Shown here piece by piece: positions 34,885-44,365 of a stretch of DNA of 64,000 nucleotides; position 1 is the first letter of the stretch; every line of letters starts with the position of its first letter. The position numbers and the translations under genes were made by a program. The notes beneath the pieces are model-generated. The model did no database searches and was not told the DNA's origin. It worked only from the letters and a program-made list of their open reading frames with translations. This DNA is from an uncultured Bacteroidia bacterium (GTDB lineage Bacteria; Bacteroidota; Bacteroidia; Bacteroidales; ML635J-15), in the NCBI GenBank assembly GCA_902776565.1, contig CACYQN010000011.1, positions 48,561 through 112,560 of the forward strand, in the 5' to 3' direction.

Positions 34885-35730
34885 ATGATAGCAATAGCAG
34901 ATAGCGGTTCGACAAAGACCTTGTGGGTGTTGTCCGACGGGAAAGGGCAGGAACATACATTTAAGACCATTGGCTTCAATCCGTATTTCGTAACTCGCGA
35001 CGAGGTTGAGTATTGCATGTCGGCGGCTTTCCCCAAGGAAGTGAACGCCAGCGATGTTACCGATGTATATTTTTATGGTTCGGGATGCTCCAGTTGCGAC
35101 AACTATGCCCATCTGCAGGAAGCCTTGTCAACTTTTTTCAGCAAGGCATGCGTAAACATTTACTCCGATATGCTGGGAACTGCAAGGGCACTGCTTAAGC
35201 ACGAGAAAGGTGTTGCGGCAATTTTAGGCACAGGCTCCAATTCGTGTTTCTACGATGGCACAGAGATAACAAAGTGCCCTGTTTCGCTTGGCTATATCCT
35301 TGGAGATGAAGGTAGTGGCGCGACAATCGGAAAAACTTTCATCAAACGCTACTTGGAAGGACGTTTCGATGCGGAGCTTACAAAGCAGATTTTTGAGGAA
35401 ACCGGCGAAACTGTAACAACCGTGTTGAAGTCCGTTTACAAGGGCGAACATCCTAACCGTTACCTTGCTAACTTTACCAAGATTATCAGCAAGCACATCG
35501 ACCATCCGCAGATGCAGGAGCTTATGCGTCAGTCGTTTAGAGACTTCTTTGGCAACTACCTGCTTATTTATCCCGACTATATGAAGTACAGGATTGGTTT
35601 TTGCGGAAGCATCGCCTACTATTTCAGCGGTATTTTGGTCGAAGAACTTGAAAAGTTAGGGTATTCCAGAGATAATGTGTTTATTATTAACGAGGTTACA
35701 GCCGAGTTGCTGAAGTACCATTTAGGATAG
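34885..35730 (+). CDS. BadF/BadG/BcrA/BcrD-type ATPase (N-acetylglucosamine kinase-like, ASKHA fold)
   Basis: IADSGSTKT, ILGTGSNS and GDEGSG motifs. Confidence 0.75.
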   Translation: MIAIADSGSTKTLWVLSDGKGQEHTFKTIGFNPYFVTRDEVEYCMSAAFPKEVNASDVTDVYFYGSGCSSCDNYAHLQEALSTFFSKACVNIYSDMLGTARALLKHEKGVAAILGTGSNSCFYDGTEITKCPVSLGYILGDEGSGATIGKTFIKRYLEGRFDAELTKQIFEETGETVTTVLKSVYKGEHPNRYLANFTKIISKHIDHPQMQELMRQSFRDFFGNYLLIYPDYMKYRIGFCGSIAYYFSGILVEELEKLGYSRDNVFIINEVTAELLKYHLG

Positions 35731-36597
35731 TACGCCTTTCTGTCCTGTTTCCGAATCGTAGGCTTTGTTTCGGAAGTCGCGGGGCGAGCAGCCGAGGCGT
35801 ATACGGACAAACTTTGAGAATGCGCTTATGCTTGAGAATTCGAAAGCATGAGCGATTTCTTTTATGGAGCGGTCTGAGTAGCGCAGTTCGTGGGCAATGG
35901 CATCGGTAGCGTATTCGAGAATCCATGTCAGGGCGTTCTTGCCACTTAACGACTGTACGGCATGCGATAGATATTTGGGCGATACACACAGCATTTTGGC
36001 ATAGTCGGCAACAGTTCGCGAGTGAATGCTTTCGGTCGAGAGCAAGTCGATGAACTTGCGGAAAACCAAGTCCTTCTGCTTGGCGATTACGGTGAGCACA
36101 TTTGTATCGATATGCCTGTTTATGATTACGCAAATTTCATAAAAAACAGTTTCCATCAGCAGAAGCATGATTTCCTTGTAGTAGAAGTCGCGAGGCGAAG
36201 CAATTTTCTCGCGCACTATGGAAAAATAGTCAAGTGCAAGCTTCATTTCCTGCTTATTCATGTGGATAATCGGGTGCGTGCGCGTGTACATCATCAGAGG
36301 CCACAGACCGCGTCCAGACATTATAGTCTTTTCAAACTTCACGTACGACAGAGCAAAGAACAACCCGTCGAAATCGTCGTCGAGAACAACGTCATCAATC
36401 GACAGGTTTGGCGGAAGTATTACAATGTCGTTCGCCATAGCGGTGTATGTCGAGCCGCCGAGCGAGAAACTTACTTGTCCTGCCGTGCATATTACAGCCG
36501 AAACCATGGTTGTGCGTATGGTCCCTGCTAGAAAAATATCACCGAAACTATCCTTTATCAGGATGTCGCCATCGTTGTAGTTTATGTTGCGTTCCAT
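35722..36597 (-). CDS. AraC-family transcriptional regulator
   Basis: Start at MERNINYNDG (ATG 36595-36597). C-terminal dual HTH (VADYAKMLCVSPKYLSHAV ... IAHAFEFSSISAFSKFVR). Divergent from the acyl-CoA ligase gene. Confidence 0.8.
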   Translation of the reverse strand: MERNINYNDGDILIKDSFGDIFLAGTIRTTMVSAVICTAGQVSFSLGGSTYTAMANDIVILPPNLSIDDVVLDDDFDGLFFALSYVKFEKTIMSGRGLWPLMMYTRTHPIIHMNKQEMKLALDYFSIVREKIASPRDFYYKEIMLLLMETVFYEICVIINRHIDTNVLTVIAKQKDLVFRKFIDLLSTESIHSRTVADYAKMLCVSPKYLSHAVQSLSGKNALTWILEYATDAIAHELRYSDRSIKEIAHAFEFSSISAFSKFVRIRLGCSPRDFRNKAYDSETGQKGVLS

Positions 36598-36701
36598 AGT
36601 ACAAAGATATAAATTTATCACTAAAAGTTGTCCATTTTTCCTAATAATTTTTTCAGTCGGTTTATTATGTATTATTTCGCGCCGATTTTTAAAAGACGAA
36701 T

Positions 36702-38354
36702 ATGGATAATTTATCATTCAACAAAAGACTGGAAGAAAGCTTCCGCTTAAACTGGGGAAGGCCAGCACTTTCTAATTATCAAGGTATTACACTTACCTAT
36801 TCGGATATTGCAAGACGCATATCAAAATTACATATAGCATTTGAGCAGTTCGGTCTGCAAACTGGCGACAAAGTTGCTTTCTGTTCACGCAGCCAAGCCA
36901 ACTGGGGAGTCTGCATGTTGTCGGCACTTACCTACGGAGCCGTTCCTGTTCCTATTCAGCACGAGTTCAAGCCAGTTGTCATCCAGCAACTTGTAAACCA
37001 TTCGGAAGCTCGTGTGCTATTTGTTGACGACGCAGTATGGAAAGGCCTCGACATTGCCGAAATGACTGGACTATCGGTAGTTGTAAACATTTCCGACCTG
37101 AATTTCCTGTATGCTGCAAGCGATGAAATAATGCAGATACGCGAACATCTCAACGAATTGTACGGCAAGCGTTATCCCAAGCGTTTCGAGAAGGAAGACA
37201 TTAAGTATTACGAAGATACACCCGACGAACTGGCAATCATCAACTACACTTCGGGAACTTCTGGACAATCGAAAGGCGTTATGATTCCCTACCGTGCCCT
37301 ATCGAGCAATGTAGATTTTGCACATTACGACGCATTGCCACGCTTCGGACAGGGTTCGAAAGTTGTGTCGATGCTGCCGATGGCTCACATGTACGGATTT
37401 ATGTTCGAATTCCTATTCCAGATGACAATGGGCGCACATGTTCATTTCATCACACGAATGCCAACGCCAAATCTCATAATGCAGGCTTTTGCCGACATCC
37501 GTCCCGACATTATCATTTCGGTGCCTCTGATAATCGAAAAAATATACAAGAACAAGCTGAAACCTATACTCGACAAAAACAAGCTTTTGTTCCGCATTCC
37601 TATTGTTGACCAGATGCTAGAGAAGAAAATTTGCACCGAACTGACCAACACTTTCGGCAATGCATTCGAGGAAGTAATCATCGGTGGTGCTGCATTCAAC
37701 AACGAGGTTGAACGCTTCTTCCGCAAGATAGGCTTCCGTTTCACCGTCGGTTACGGCATGACAGAGTGCGCACCTATAATATGTTATGCACACTGGAACA
37801 ACACAAAACTTTTTTCGTGCGGCAAGGTGGTACGTAATATGCAGTTGAGGATAGATTCTCCCGACCCAGAAAAGATTGCTGGCGAAGTTCAGGTGAAGGG
37901 AGCAAATGTATTCCTCGGCTATTACAAGAATGAAGAGGCTACCAAGCAAGTCTTTACCGACGACGGATGGTTCCGCACCGGTGATATGGGTGTTATAGAC
38001 AGCGATGGTTATCTGTATCTGAAAGGTCGTTGTAAGTGCATGATTCTTGGTCCGTCGGGACAGAATATTTATCCAGAAGAACTTGAAAATGTTCTCAACA
38101 ACCTATCTTATGTTACCGAATCGCTGGTAATAGACGACCACGGAGCTCTTACCGCACTTATCTATCCCGACTACCAGCAGGCAGAACAAGACGGAATAAG
38201 TGGCGAAGCATTGGAAAGAATGATAAGGGACTGGCTGCCTTCGGTAAACAAGGAACTGCCATCGTACGCCTCGATACACAAGATAGAATTTATGCACGAG
38301 GACTTCGAGCGCACGCCAAAACGAAGCATAAAAAGGTATTTGTACCAAAGATAA
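36702..38354 (+). CDS. AMP-dependent synthetase/ligase (long-chain fatty acid-CoA ligase-like)
   Basis: 550 aa. AMP-binding motif INYTSGTSGQSKGV, plus GYGMTE and WFRTGDMG blocks. Confidence 0.8.
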   Translation: MDNLSFNKRLEESFRLNWGRPALSNYQGITLTYSDIARRISKLHIAFEQFGLQTGDKVAFCSRSQANWGVCMLSALTYGAVPVPIQHEFKPVVIQQLVNHSEARVLFVDDAVWKGLDIAEMTGLSVVVNISDLNFLYAASDEIMQIREHLNELYGKRYPKRFEKEDIKYYEDTPDELAIINYTSGTSGQSKGVMIPYRALSSNVDFAHYDALPRFGQGSKVVSMLPMAHMYGFMFEFLFQMTMGAHVHFITRMPTPNLIMQAFADIRPDIIISVPLIIEKIYKNKLKPILDKNKLLFRIPIVDQMLEKKICTELTNTFGNAFEEVIIGGAAFNNEVERFFRKIGFRFTVGYGMTECAPIICYAHWNNTKLFSCGKVVRNMQLRIDSPDPEKIAGEVQVKGANVFLGYYKNEEATKQVFTDDGWFRTGDMGVIDSDGYLYLKGRCKCMILGPSGQNIYPEELENVLNNLSYVTESLVIDDHGALTALIYPDYQQAEQDGISGEALERMIRDWLPSVNKELPSYASIHKIEFMHEDFERTPKRSIKRYLYQR

Positions 38355-38376
38355 TAAATCAGGTCAAGCGCGGGAA

Positions 38377-39678
38377 CTACTTTCCGCGCTTGCGTTTTGC
38401 CTTCGCCTTCAATCCGCCAGAGTTAACCTTTTTGCGCTTGTCGCTCCTTTCATGGAATGCACCGCCCGAATTTTTCAACGACGGAGCTTTCAAGTATATC
38501 TTGTGCGAAACGGTGGGCTTTTCCTCCTCAAGCAACAACGAGGAAACCTCTACTCCATCCGGGATTTCACATTCCGAAATATTTTCTCCAGCAACAGTGC
38601 GAACTTCGGCATATAGATTTTCCTCGTATGGCGCAACCAAAAGCAAGGAAACACCATCCTTGTCGGCACGACCAGTACGACCTATCCTATGAATGTAGTC
38701 AATCGGATTCTCTGGCGGTGACATATTAATTACATGCGAAACCTCAGTAAAGTCGATTCCTCGTGCAACAACATCAGTGGCAATCAAAATGTTGTATTTC
38801 CCTTCTTCAAAATTTTTCACCGCATTGAACCTGTAGTTCTGCGACTTGTTGGAATGCGTCACCCCTACCCTTTCCGGAAATTTTGCATCAAGCATATCGA
38901 ACAGTCTGTCGGCCTGCTTCTTGTTTTCGGCAAAAATCAACACCTTTGGATATTCATCGGCATCAGCAAGAATTGTTTTCAAGAAATTGACCTTTGTGTT
39001 GAAGTTCGGCAACATATACACGCGCTGCTCAATCTTTTCAACTGGCGTACAACGCCTTGTCACCTCTATTGTCTCAGGATTGCGGAAATGCTTCTGTATA
39101 AACGCGCTAACCTCATCTGTCAAGGTTGACGAAAACATCATCGACTGGCGTTTCTGCGGCAACATCTCGAGAATCTGCTCCAACTGCGGACGGAAACCCA
39201 AATCCAACATCTCGTCAACTTCATCAATTACAAGGCGTTTCACCGATGCAAAACGCAAAACACCAGTCACCGCTATATCATAAATTCTTCCGGGAGTACC
39301 AATAAGCACATCGCAACCATCGGTATAGATGTTGTCCTTCTGCGTATTGATGTTAGCGCCTCCATAAACGCACTTGATACGATAGCTCTTGTACTTGGCA
39401 AGTTTTTCGGCTTCGTCGCGAACCTGCACGGCAAGTTCACGAGTCGGCACAAGCACCAGCACACGCGGATTTTTCTGCTCCGAAAACTCAAGCGCATTGA
39501 AAATTGGCAACAAGTATGCGAAAGTCTTACCCGTACCAGTCTGCGCCACGCCAATCACATCGGCTCCCGATGAAATTCGCGGAAAGCACTTTTCCTGTAT
39601 TGGCGTAGGTTCCACAATATCAATGTCTTCTAAAGCATTTATCAGCTGTTTTGAAATCCGTAGTTCGTCAAAATTCAT
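38377..39678 (-). CDS. DEAD/DEAH-box RNA helicase
   Basis: Q-motif region, AQTGTGKT, VIDEVDEML and HRIGRTGRA. Basic C-terminal tail. Confidence 0.9.
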   Translation of the reverse strand: MNFDELRISKQLINALEDIDIVEPTPIQEKCFPRISSGADVIGVAQTGTGKTFAYLLPIFNALEFSEQKNPRVLVLVPTRELAVQVRDEAEKLAKYKSYRIKCVYGGANINTQKDNIYTDGCDVLIGTPGRIYDIAVTGVLRFASVKRLVIDEVDEMLDLGFRPQLEQILEMLPQKRQSMMFSSTLTDEVSAFIQKHFRNPETIEVTRRCTPVEKIEQRVYMLPNFNTKVNFLKTILADADEYPKVLIFAENKKQADRLFDMLDAKFPERVGVTHSNKSQNYRFNAVKNFEEGKYNILIATDVVARGIDFTEVSHVINMSPPENPIDYIHRIGRTGRADKDGVSLLLVAPYEENLYAEVRTVAGENISECEIPDGVEVSSLLLEEEKPTVSHKIYLKAPSLKNSGGAFHERSDKRKKVNSGGLKAKAKRKRGK

Positions 39679-39797
39679 ATTTGAAAATCTTTATCACAAA
39701 AATAATATCTTTTTCGCATACAGTGAAACACAACCGCCTCCTTATAAAAATATTTTGGCATTTAAGCCCGAAAAAACTAATTTTGCAAAAAAAAGAC

Positions 39798-41474
39798 ATG
39801 ATTCCCTTTGTAAAAAAAATATACCATATATTAATTATCAGCCTGATAATAACACTAGCATTCGTCTTTGCCGGATGTGAAAAAATCGACCTTTCGGAAA
39901 TTAGAACCGACTGCTACTACCTAGGACAATGCAACGATGGCACCTACATTGTGAAATTTGACGCGGTAGGAAGCGACAAGGCAGACGGCAAGTGCTACAA
40001 GGTGGAAAACGAGCCTGTTGCAAAGGAGAAACTGTTTTCAATTGAAGCTGGACATAAGAAATGCTCCGTAAAGATAAATAATGTAGAAATTCCTGTAAAA
40101 GTTATCCCATCGGTAATAAGTAGCGACAGCATAATCGGCGAATACACAATAGCCAAGGAAAAACATTATTTCCAACTATACAAGTACGATTATCCTGAAT
40201 ATAAGGAATTTGAAGCACAATTTGAAAAGGAGAAATACAAAGTCGCAGTAACAAAGGACATCGTTTACGGCAACGCCAAGGGCTTCTGGAGCTACAATCC
40301 CGAAAAGAACGAGACTTTTGCAAAGACTTACACCGACAAGCTTGGCGAACTTATGAAATACAATCTTTCACCACGCGACATTGACCTGAAAATGGACATA
40401 TATGTTCCGCAGGACGACACCAGCAAACTACGACCTTTGCTGATGCTTATCCATGGCGGTGCCTTCTTCAATGGTGACAAGGCATCGGAAGCTTACACGA
40501 AATGGAGTACACACTTTGCAAAAATGGGATTCGTCGTTGCTTCAATCAACTACCGCATGGGCTATCTGCCAAGCGCCGACCAGATTGACTGCGCAGGCTA
40601 CCGCGCTGTGCAGGATGCAAACGCTGCTATGCGCTACCTAGTACACAATGCTGCCAAATATCGCATAAACACCAATTGGATTTTTGTAGGAGGAACAAGC
40701 GCAGGAGCAATTACCGCACTGAACCTTGCCTTTATGCGCAACAAAAACAGACCGGAATCAACGCGAGGCAGCCTCTTCAAAAGCGACCTCGGCGACATTG
40801 AGTCGGTTTCGCCACAATACAAGGAAAATTTCAGCATAAAGGCTGTCGCCAACATGTGGGGGGCTGTGCATGACATAAATATGATTTCAAACGCCAAGAC
40901 CTCGATAATTTCGTTCCACGGCGATGCCGACAACATTGTCCCCTACGGCTACGACCACCCTTTCAACGACGTGCTAGACCCGATAAAGATTGCGCTACGC
41001 AACAACGACAGCAAAGAGGCTAAATCGGTAAAAGACATATTCTCGCTACCACTTAATAAGGCTCTCACCAACAAGATGTACGGGTCGTCGCTTGTTGACA
41101 AGATGGCAAAGGCCAAAGGCAACCGAAGCAAATTGTTCACTTATCCCGGTGGCGGACACAGTTTGCACGTTGATAAGGACAACAACCTTGTGCCATATTT
41201 CTATTTCATACAGGATTCGGTGACCAAATTTTTCATAGAAGAACTAATTCCCGCCCCAATTAGTATCGAGCACGACAAATCCAACCAACTTTGCTATAGA
41301 ATAAAAGGGGGAAACATAGCCGACATATACTGGAAAGTAGAAAATGGCATAATTCTCGAAAGCAACAAAAAGCAAGCGAAAATTGTATTTCTTTCATCCA
41401 AAAACAGCAAAAAAATCATTGTTTCAGGACATTACAGCAATGGCATCGGATTTTTGAAAGAACTAAAATTCTAA
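39798..41474 (+). CDS. alpha/beta-hydrolase (carboxylesterase-type) lipoprotein
   Basis: Start at MIPFVKKIYH with lipobox FAGC. LIHGGAFFNGD oxyanion block and nucleophile elbow GGTSAGA. Confidence 0.7.
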   Translation: MIPFVKKIYHILIISLIITLAFVFAGCEKIDLSEIRTDCYYLGQCNDGTYIVKFDAVGSDKADGKCYKVENEPVAKEKLFSIEAGHKKCSVKINNVEIPVKVIPSVISSDSIIGEYTIAKEKHYFQLYKYDYPEYKEFEAQFEKEKYKVAVTKDIVYGNAKGFWSYNPEKNETFAKTYTDKLGELMKYNLSPRDIDLKMDIYVPQDDTSKLRPLLMLIHGGAFFNGDKASEAYTKWSTHFAKMGFVVASINYRMGYLPSADQIDCAGYRAVQDANAAMRYLVHNAAKYRINTNWIFVGGTSAGAITALNLAFMRNKNRPESTRGSLFKSDLGDIESVSPQYKENFSIKAVANMWGAVHDINMISNAKTSIISFHGDADNIVPYGYDHPFNDVLDPIKIALRNNDSKEAKSVKDIFSLPLNKALTNKMYGSSLVDKMAKAKGNRSKLFTYPGGGHSLHVDKDNNLVPYFYFIQDSVTKFFIEELIPAPISIEHDKSNQLCYRIKGGNIADIYWKVENGIILESNKKQAKIVFLSSKNSKKIIVSGHYSNGIGFLKELKF

Positions 41475-41530
41475 TACAACATACCGTATTATAAATTATC
41501 TTTGCAACAACAATTTTAATTTTTAACGAA

Positions 41531-41959
41531 ATGAAAAAGACATTAGTATTTTTGGCAAGTGCTTTATTTGTAGCACTTTTTGCAGCATCATGCAACAACA
41601 ATTCAACATCGTCAGAAACAGACGGAATAGAAGAACTCCTCGAAGATGCAGTAGTTGAAGAAGAACCTGCAGAAGACAAGGCTCTAACCGATGGCGTATG
41701 GGTAAACGACGACTGGGGAAGCAAGACTACCTACCAGTTCTCAGAAGACGGCATCTGCACGGTTATAAGACCAGATTTTGACGGTGGAATCGACACTATC
41801 AAATGGAACTACACACTTGACGGTGAAACAATGAAGCTCGAACAGAAAGGTGATGACTTCAGCATGTCAAAGGAAATGAAAGTTTCGATTAAGGGCAACA
41901 AGCTCACAATCACCGAAGCTGGCGTTCCTATGGACTACAAATGGCAAGCTGCAGAATAA
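41531..41959 (+). CDS. hypothetical lipoprotein
   Basis: 142 aa. Signal MKKTLVFLASALFVALFAASC. No recognised domain. Confidence 0.5.
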   Translation: MKKTLVFLASALFVALFAASCNNNSTSSETDGIEELLEDAVVEEEPAEDKALTDGVWVNDDWGSKTTYQFSEDGICTVIRPDFDGGIDTIKWNYTLDGETMKLEQKGDDFSMSKEMKVSIKGNKLTITEAGVPMDYKWQAAE

Positions 41960-41980
41960 ATGGAAAAAACTCATAGACAA

Positions 41981-42007
41981 AAGCCTCGCTTAGCGGGGCT
42001 TTTTTTG
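41981..42007 (+). terminator. rho-independent terminator
   Basis: agcctcgc-tta-gcggggct followed by tttttt. Confidence 0.65.
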
Positions 42008-42124
42008 TTAACATAATGACTATCCAATGTGTATAATTTTTTTTTAAAAAGAGAAAAAAAACGATACACATTTCAAAATAAGCATTTATATTTGCATTAA
42101 TTAAATTTTAAATTATTCAATAAA

Positions 42125-42604
42125 ATGAAAAAGACATTAGTATTTTTGGCAAGTGCTTTATTCGTAGCACTTATGGCTGTTTCCTGCAACGACAAGCCAG
42201 CAGAAGCAACCGAAGAAGATCAGAACGCAGAAGCAACAGTTGAAGAAGTAACTGAAGAAGCTCCAGCAGCAGAAGCAGCAGCTCCAGCAGCAACTAACGA
42301 CGTTGTTAATTTCGACCAGTACCTTGACGAATACGAAAAGTTCGTAAAGAGCTATGAAGAATTCGTTGACAATGGCGGTATTGACAAGGCAAAGGAAGTA
42401 AAGACCAATGCAGAAGCAGCAAAGGCTAAGATTAAAGAAGACAATCTTAACGACGCTCAGTTGGCTCGCTTCAAAGCTTTGAACGAAAGAATGACTAATG
42501 CATCTGTAAAACTTGCTCAGAAAACTGCAGAAGGCACAAAGGACGCAGTTAACGCTGGCAAGGATGCAGCTGACAAGCTCAAAGGTCTTGGCAAAAAGAA
42601 TTAA
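42125..42604 (+). CDS. hypothetical lipoprotein (Ala/Glu/Lys-rich helical)
   Basis: 159 aa. The signal peptide is almost identical at the nucleotide level to that of 41531..41959. Confidence 0.5.
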   Translation: MKKTLVFLASALFVALMAVSCNDKPAEATEEDQNAEATVEEVTEEAPAAEAAAPAATNDVVNFDQYLDEYEKFVKSYEEFVDNGGIDKAKEVKTNAEAAKAKIKEDNLNDAQLARFKALNERMTNASVKLAQKTAEGTKDAVNAGKDAADKLKGLGKKN

Positions 42605-42610
42605 TAATTA

Positions 42611-42639
42611 AAAAAAGAGGCTTTTGCCTCTTTTTTTTT
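42611..42639. terminator. rho-independent terminator (bidirectional shape)
   Basis: aaaaaa-agaggc-tttt-gcctct-ttttttttt. Confidence 0.65.
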
Positions 42640-43304
42640 GCCCTATAGAATTGCAAACTAAAGAAAAGAGCATTATTAATTATTGCAAGTGCCATTATTT
42701 GTTCTTATGGTTAAACTTGCATATCATACGACAATAGAGAAGCTCCAAGCACACAACAACTATAGAACGCAGTTGACAACACAAAAGAAGCAAAAGGAAC
42801 TCCAGAACCTAAAGAGTTTCTTTTTTTTCATTGTTGTCCACTAAATTATGCGTTGTCACAATTTTTGTGGTTCGACAACCCTTCGGCTAACGCTCAGGGT
42901 GCAGCTCACCAACCAGAGAAAATTATGCGCCAACGCTTCAAAACACATACGTTTTTCTATATATGCAACCTCTCCGAGGTTGATATATTCTTTCCAAAAT
43001 AAAGCCTGCCTATTTTTATTATTAGGATAACAATCTGATACACTTAAACTTATGTGGTTTTGTTGAAATTTTAGCGGACAACATTACTTTTTTTATGCGA
43101 CAAAGTAACTCATAAAGTAAGAAATGTAAATATGCTACAAAAGAAATCAGCAATCGGTCTGATAAGAAACTCGACAAAGGCATAAGAGTTTTAAAGGAGA
43201 TTGACATTACTTACCATAATAACGAATGTGCAAAAATATTGCGGCACCATCAATGGATTGGGCAACGCCAAGAAAAAGAGCAACATAATATAAATTGATG
43301 AATA

Positions 43305-43337
43305 ACAAAAAAGTCGGAGCAAAAACTCCGACTTTTC
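43305..43337 (-). terminator. rho-independent terminator
   Basis: Hairpin agtcggag-caaaaa-ctccgact. The minus strand has a T-run after the stem. Lies downstream of the stop at 43358. Confidence 0.6.
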
Positions 43338-43357
43338 TATTTATGCATAATCTTACT

Positions 43358-44302
43358 TTACTCTGCCTTATAGGTTTCTACATAATTCTGAATAGCCTGA
43401 TTATTAACCGTGATGCTAAGTTCAAGAACAATATACAACAAAACGCCTTTGTCATTATAAACAATCTTAGACTTTGGCAAACCACCTTCCAAACGGCCCT
43501 GAATCCTTACGGTATAATCATTAATTGCCGCATCTGCATCAGTATAAGCGACACTGCTTTCCTGAGTCGGAATTTGCAGATAAACATAATTCAAACGGAG
43601 AGAATCTACTGCTGATTCATACGACATTCCATTATAGAAAGCTACTTCCTTGTCGGCAGGAGTTCCGAGGAATCCAACTTGGTCGGAACGTGTACGTGGC
43701 GAAAGCTCTGGAGAATAGAGGTCGGCATCAACCTTGAACGATACCTTCTGACCATTGTATTCGTGCAAAGCCACCTTCGAGAATCTGATACGACCAGCAA
43801 CGGATGGAGATGCTGTTATATTGGAATAGTATCTTGCCGGCTGACAAATATCACTTACGCCACCACCAACAACTTCTTCTCGTTCAGTCCAATATCTTCC
43901 TGTATAAATATCACTGACATTCCTGCATGATATTATCTTAGACTTGGTTCCCGGATTATTTGCCTCGTCAGTAGCCGTATAAGTTACCTTGTAATCACCA
44001 GTCTTCTTTAATTCTCCTACATGCGCAGCTACTTTCCTTTCGATTTGCAATACTGTTTCCAAATCTGAAGTCACTTCAATATTTTCTGACATACTTGCAT
44101 TGTCTTCAACATAACATCCCGGGTCAACATACTTTGTATATAGCAAAACCGTTGTGTCTCCTTTCCTGTCAATGTTTACTCCGTCCTTTGCAAGGAAATA
44201 GATTGAAGGCGCTATAGTGTCCTTATGACAATTTACGCACACAACCGATAATGTCGCCAACATAGCGAACACAATCATTGAACTAAGAACTCTTCTATTC
44301 AT
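43358..44302 (-). CDS. secreted protein with Ig-like (DUF5011/HYR-like) region
   Basis: Signal peptide. Block GDYKVTYTATDEANN, typical of DUF5011-type Ig folds. Lies downstream of the S8 protease gene. Confidence 0.4.
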   Translation of the reverse strand: MNRRVLSSMIVFAMLATLSVVCVNCHKDTIAPSIYFLAKDGVNIDRKGDTTVLLYTKYVDPGCYVEDNASMSENIEVTSDLETVLQIERKVAAHVGELKKTGDYKVTYTATDEANNPGTKSKIISCRNVSDIYTGRYWTEREEVVGGGVSDICQPARYYSNITASPSVAGRIRFSKVALHEYNGQKVSFKVDADLYSPELSPRTRSDQVGFLGTPADKEVAFYNGMSYESAVDSLRLNYVYLQIPTQESSVAYTDADAAINDYTVRIQGRLEGGLPKSKIVYNDKGVLLYIVLELSITVNNQAIQNYVETYKAE

Positions 44303-44365
44303 AATTTACGCAATTAAATCAAGCCGTAAAATTATTAACAATATTTTAAACCTCAAAATTTTTTG

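Noticed and set aside
39651-39797. Upstream extension of the esterase ORF (start at 39651)
   Set aside because: The extension overlaps the DEAD-box helicase start region and lacks signal-peptide character. The ATG at 39798 gives a canonical lipoprotein signal.
42851-42885. tRNA T-arm-like ggttcga word
   Set aside because: The surrounding sequence cannot form acceptor, D or anticodon arms. It is just part of a local inverted repeat.
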